Shown here: in pieces, positions 7,873-10,650 of the stretch
Numbering within the stretch: the first letter of the stretch is position 1
Layout: every line of letters begins with the position of its first letter
Assembly (NCBI GenBank): GCA_049472315.1
Contig: JBLIRN010000082.1
Coordinates: 1-10,650 of the forward strand
Direction: 5' to 3'
DNA from: a bacterium
Lineage (GTDB): Bacteria > SZUA-182 > DTGQ01 > JAFGSM01
Length of the DNA stretch: 10,650 bases
Position numbers and translations under genes: made by a program
The notes under the pieces: model-generated
What the model saw: only the letters and a program-made list of their open reading frames with translations
What the model was told of the DNA's origin: nothing
Databases searched by the model: none

Positions 7873-8754
7873 TCACCCCTCCTCCCCCGATTTCCTCACC
7901 CGGATGGAACCGAACTGCAAGGACCGTATCCTCTCGGTATCATCTATCGGAGAAATCAGCCTGACAATCTTCTCGGAGGGATCGATATGCGCAACGATGC
8001 CAAGGCTGAGGGTGTTGTTGTTGCCGTCGCAAAGCCCCACCAGGAGGTTTTGACAGCAAGATCCTTCGTAGAGATCAGGGACCATGCCGTGCAGGCCCAT
8101 CGCATCAAGGCTCAGGGAAACCGGGCGCGCATTGCTGAAATACTCCCTGAATCGTTCCTCCCTATAGCGCCTCCGCTCCTCGGGTGACTTGGGCGTGATG
8201 ACCCCGGGAGGGACCTCCATCCGAAACACGGAGGTGCCTGTGCGGCAGGATATGTTTGTATACAAGGGACCCAATTCCCCTTCCCGCTCAAGCAGGATGA
8301 CATGGGTGGGATGGATCAGGTCTATCTTCTGGAACTTGAACTCGCTCCCGATCGCCCCTGTCACGAAGCCCGATGTGTCCATGATGATATTGTCCGGCCC
8401 GAGCCTTCGTGCCTTATTCACTATCTTTTTAACGGCAGCCAGGGTCTGGAGCATATGACCGCGGGGGGATGTGGAGCCCACAAACTGCAGGCAAAGTGGG
8501 TGGAATATCCCGTGGGAATCCCTTTTGCCGGCAAGGCCCACCGTTGCCGGAGGACCTATGCCCGACTGGCCGAGATCGGCATCGATGAGCAGGGTGTGCT
8601 CCCTATGCGCGCTGAGCCGGTCGAAGAGGAACCCGCACAGGGTGGTCTTGCCGGTATCGATCCCGCCGACCAACATGATGATCCGGGGCGGCTTGTGTTC
8701 CTTGATTCCGGGGAGCAATCCCTCCCACTCCTGCGGCACCATGACCTGTGTCAT
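7873..8754 (-). CDS. clp1: Clp1/Grc3/Nol9-family polynucleotide 5'-hydroxyl kinase
   Basis: Walker A GGIDTGKTT, family motif DADLGQSGIGPPATV, FVGSTSPRGH, clasp-like DTSGFV, lid RRRYRE, and an archaeal-Clp1-like C-terminal LLVGL.D....TLSLGIV. The ATG at 8754 is preferred over the track's GTG at 8769 because GGAGG (8767-8763) lies 8 nt upstream of it, giving 293 aa. Confidence 0.9.
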   Translation of the reverse strand: MTQVMVPQEWEGLLPGIKEHKPPRIIMLVGGIDTGKTTLCGFLFDRLSAHREHTLLIDADLGQSGIGPPATVGLAGKRDSHGIFHPLCLQFVGSTSPRGHMLQTLAAVKKIVNKARRLGPDNIIMDTSGFVTGAIGSEFKFQKIDLIHPTHVILLEREGELGPLYTNISCRTGTSVFRMEVPPGVITPKSPEERRRYREERFREYFSNARPVSLSLDAMGLHGMVPDLYEGSCCQNLLVGLCDGNNNTLSLGIVAHIDPSEKIVRLISPIDDTERIRSLQFGSIRVRKSGEEG

Positions 8755-8774
8755 ATCCCATGCCTCCACACTCT

Positions 8775-8800
8775 TGTCACTTTCCCCTGGTTACGTGACA
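8775..8800. promoter_or_regulatory. Palindromic site TGTCAC-N14-GTGACA upstream of clp1; candidate operator
   Basis: Perfect 6-bp inverted repeat, TGTCAC 8775-8780 and GTGACA 8795-8800, lying 7 nt upstream of the clp1 RBS. Confidence 0.4.
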
Positions 8801-8807
8801 TCCCTGT

Positions 8808-8880
8808 TTTATTTTACACTTTATTTTACGCTTTTTGTTCTTGGAAATTCCTTTTTTCCATGATCCATGACCCGTGATCC
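8808..8880. repeat. Short tandem repeats: a 12-bp duplication and a heptamer run
   Basis: TTTATTTTACAC/TTTATTTTACGC at 8808-8831; CCATGAT-CCATGAC-CCGTGAT-CC at 8858-8880. Confidence 0.7.
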
Positions 8881-8900
8881 TTCGATCGTCACAATATTCG

Positions 8901-8948
8901 GGCTTGGGGTCAGAGGCTTGGGGTCACACACACAGAGGCTTGGGGTCA
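8901..8948 (+). repeat. Triplicated GGCTTGGGGTCA spanning the left junction of the inverted-repeat element, with (CA)5 slippage
   Basis: Exact copies at 8901-8912, 8915-8926 and 8937-8948. CAGAGGCTTGGGGTCA occurs at 8911-8926 and 8933-8948, and CACACACACA at 8925-8934. Confidence 0.9.
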
Positions 8949-9064
8949 GGTCTTGAATTATCAGTTCTTGCCCCAAAAATAAAATCATATTTTCAGGCTT
9001 CGTGATATCACAAGGTGGCATGAGCGTTTGTGACAAAAAACTGACATTTCAAGACCTGACCCCA
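8941..9064. mobile_element. Non-autonomous miniature inverted-repeat element (MITE/REPIN-like), 124 bp
   Basis: The left end TGGGGTCAGGTCTTGAATTATCAGTT (8941-8966) matches the reverse complement of the right end (9039-9064), TGGGGTCAGGTCTTGAAATGTCAGTT, at 24/26 positions, with the first 17 bp perfect. No credible gene lies inside. A near-central palindrome GTGATATCAC is at 9002-9011. No clear target-site duplication. Confidence 0.7.
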
Positions 9065-9074
9065 TTTTGTATTC

Positions 9075-9103
9075 TTTCGAAGGGCGGCCTTTTCTGGTAC
9101 AAT
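9075..9103 (+). promoter_or_regulatory. Putative extended -10 promoter driving the leader and DUF2099 transcript
   Basis: TG-G-TACAAT at 9095-9103, with a weak -35 TTTCGA (9075-9080) at 17-nt spacing. Confidence 0.55.
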
Positions 9104-9108
9104 CACCC

Positions 9109-9247
9109 TGCCGGTTTATCCCGATAGGATCCTGCCCTTGATTCAAGGATATCGAGCCGGCAATGACTGAGGATTCAGCAAATCCGTGATGGTTGCGCAC
9201 CGGTGAACGACGGGCCGTTATCGCCGCCAGGGGGAACCTGAATCCTC
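9109..9247 (+). ncRNA. Candidate structured 5' leader or sRNA with two base-paired domains
   Basis: Domain 1: TGCCGG (9109-9114) pairs with CCGGCA (9157-9162) and encloses the hairpins ATCC-CGATA-GGAT and CCTTG-ATT-CAAGG. Domain 2: a perfect 10-bp stem, GAGGATTCAG (9169-9178) with CTGAATCCTC (9238-9247), around 59 nt. It begins where the upstream -10 box predicts the transcription start. I do not recognise it as a known RNA family. Confidence 0.3.
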
Positions 9248-9280
9248 CTGATTTTTCAACCATGTGATCGGAACAGGGAC

Positions 9281-10276
9281 ATGCATGTAGACGAGATCCT
9301 TCAAACGCTCGGAATCAACAGGGAAGACTATGAAGACCTTCATGTCACCCGGAAGTTCTCCTCCTTCGTGGCGGTTTCCAACGGCAAGGTGATTGCCATG
9401 ACCGATCCATGGATGAAGCACTGCCTTCTGTTTGACATGCTGTATCGCCGGATGAACGAGAATGATGTGGCCGTGGTCCGGGATCGAATACGGCAGGCCA
9501 TGGAGGAGAAGATCGAGAAATTCGGCTCATTCACCGGCAGACGGGAGCTCAAACGGGAGGATATCGCGGTCCCCTATGGTGCGTCCGAAATGATGATGTA
9601 CGCCATAAAAAAGGGGGGGATCGATGCCGCAGTCACGGTCTGCGACGGGGCAGGGACCGTCATATCAGACTCTCCTTCGCTGATCCAGGGGATCGGCGCA
9701 CGCATGAACGGCCTTTTCTATACCACCCCCATTCCGGAAGTGATTCACGGGATCGAGAGGCGAAAGGGGATCGTTGTCTTTCCCGACACGGCGCGGATCG
9801 ATCAGATTGCAGGGCTCAAAAGGGCGGCGGAAAAGGGATTCAAAAAGATCGCCGTAACCGTGAACGCGTTTTCGGATGACGACATCAGCGCTATACCGGA
9901 TATCGAAAGGGAATACGGCATTACTGCAGTGAGCATCATGGTGTGTACAACCGGTGTCGGCAGGAAGCGCCTCGAGGAAATGGCACAATGGGCCGATCTG
10001 GTGTGGTCCTGTGCCTCCGGCGAGTTGAGGGAGCATATCGGGCGGGTCTCGATCCTGCAAATATCCCTCAGCATCCCGGTGTTCGTCCTGACGCAAAAGG
10101 GGCTGGATTTTACCGCATGCTATGCCTCCGATCCGGATTCCATACGGAATCTCGATCCATCCCGGCACTACCTCATCAGCGGCAAATTCAAGGGGATTCA
10201 GCTTACGATGGGAAATATGGCCACGCACCTCTCCGAGGCGGATCTCCCGGTTCGCAGTGAAAGGGAGCCGGGATAA
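9281..10276 (+). CDS. DUF2099 family protein (methanogenesis marker protein 8-like)
   Basis: 331 aa with motifs typical of DUF2099: GKVI...DP.MKHC.LF, FGSFT..R, VPYGASEMMM, IDAAVTVCDGAGTVI...P.LIQGIGARMNGLFYTTPIPEVI, ARIDQIAGLKRA...GFKKIAVTV, CTTG, ADLVWSCAS, PVFVLTQKG. An in-frame TGA at 9239-9241 limits any upstream extension. Confidence 0.88.
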   Translation: MHVDEILQTLGINREDYEDLHVTRKFSSFVAVSNGKVIAMTDPWMKHCLLFDMLYRRMNENDVAVVRDRIRQAMEEKIEKFGSFTGRRELKREDIAVPYGASEMMMYAIKKGGIDAAVTVCDGAGTVISDSPSLIQGIGARMNGLFYTTPIPEVIHGIERRKGIVVFPDTARIDQIAGLKRAAEKGFKKIAVTVNAFSDDDISAIPDIEREYGITAVSIMVCTTGVGRKRLEEMAQWADLVWSCASGELREHIGRVSILQISLSIPVFVLTQKGLDFTACYASDPDSIRNLDPSRHYLISGKFKGIQLTMGNMATHLSEADLPVRSEREPG

Positions 10277-10360
10277 AACATAGGGTGGCAGTAATCACGC
10301 CGGTGGGAGGGATATCGAAAGGTTCCACTTTCCCTGCTCGATTCGGAATCCAACCTCCAG

Positions 10361-10650
10361 TTACAGTGTTACCCCCAATTCGAGCACCTTTCTTCCAAAG
10401 GGGAATCGACTCCGTGAGACCGTGACGGTAATCGTTTCTTCATGCCTTTTGTCGAATAGTCCGATCTTCACATCCTGGATGGATTCGATTTCCCATCCAT
10501 CAACGGAAAGCAGAAGATCCCCCTTCTTGATCCCGGACTTTGAGGCGGCACTTCCAGGGCTGAGGCCCTCTATCCTCACTGTGCCATCCTTCTCGTCGAG
10601 CAGGACCCCGAGTTTCGGGGATTCGGGCGCCTCCATGGGGGGCGGGAAAA
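10361..10650 (-). CDS. C-terminal PDZ domain of a longer protein (possibly a ChaN-family or peptidase fusion), 5'-truncated by the window edge
   Basis: The frame is open to the right edge (..FPPPMEAPESPKLGVLL), so the track's ATG at 10636 is probably internal. PDZ signature: KLGVLL...VRIEGLSPGSAASKSGIKKGDLLLSVDG..I....DV......TITVTVSR. The ChaN association comes from recalled similarity only. Confidence 0.8.
   Translation of the reverse strand, partial: FPPPMEAPESPKLGVLLDEKDGTVRIEGLSPGSAASKSGIKKGDLLLSVDGWEIESIQDVKIGLFDKRHEETITVTVSRSRFPFGRKVLELGVTL

Noticed and set aside
7987..8877. Plus-strand ORFs overlapping clp1
   Set aside because: Antisense shadows of a gene with clear catalytic motifs.
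8901..8948. CRISPR-like mini array
   Set aside because: The repeats are 12-16 bp with 2-10 nt between them, there are no unique spacers, and no cas genes are present.
8821..9263. Small minus-strand ORFs (71 aa and 92 aa) in the intergenic region
   Set aside because: They are read-throughs of the inverted-repeat element (QDLTP and GSGLE are translations of its termini) and have no other coding support.
9163..9267. Selenocysteine read-through of the uORF TGA
   Set aside because: The extended peptide has no redox motif or recognisable similarity, and no convincing SECIS hairpin was seen.
10277..10360. Bidirectional terminator between the convergent DUF2099 and PDZ genes
   Set aside because: Only short or loose pairings (GATTC-G-GAATC, GGAGG...CCTCC) and no U-tracts; not enough to support a call.

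Overview
Bacterial genomic window with five protein-coding genes. Left to right: (1) a Fic-family gene on the minus strand, missed by the ORF track because it runs off the left edge (<1..897), with a perfect sigma70 consensus promoter and four phased 15-bp direct repeats upstream. (2) A 2152-aa secreted alpha-2-macroglobulin (A2M)-family protein on the minus strand. It is remodelled in three ways: the CxEQ thioester motif reads CVTS, the bait region is a Gly/Tyr microsatellite, and a roughly 155-aa Ser/Tyr/Pro-rich low-complexity segment sits between the signal peptide and the A2M body. (3) A Clp1/Grc3/Nol9-family polynucleotide kinase on the minus strand. (4) A divergently transcribed DUF2099 ('methanogenesis marker 8'-like) gene on the plus strand. 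(5) The PDZ-domain C-terminus of a gene entering from the right edge on the minus strand. The clp1-DUF2099 spacer (about 525 bp) is dense in structure: a TGTCAC-N14-GTGACA palindrome, short tandem duplications, a 124-bp non-coding element with 26-bp terminal inverted repeats and a triplicated left end, an extended -10 promoter, and a candidate two-domain structured 5' leader. No rRNA, tRNA, CRISPR array, transposase or reverse transcriptase was seen. Family assignments come from recognising motifs by eye; no database searches were run.
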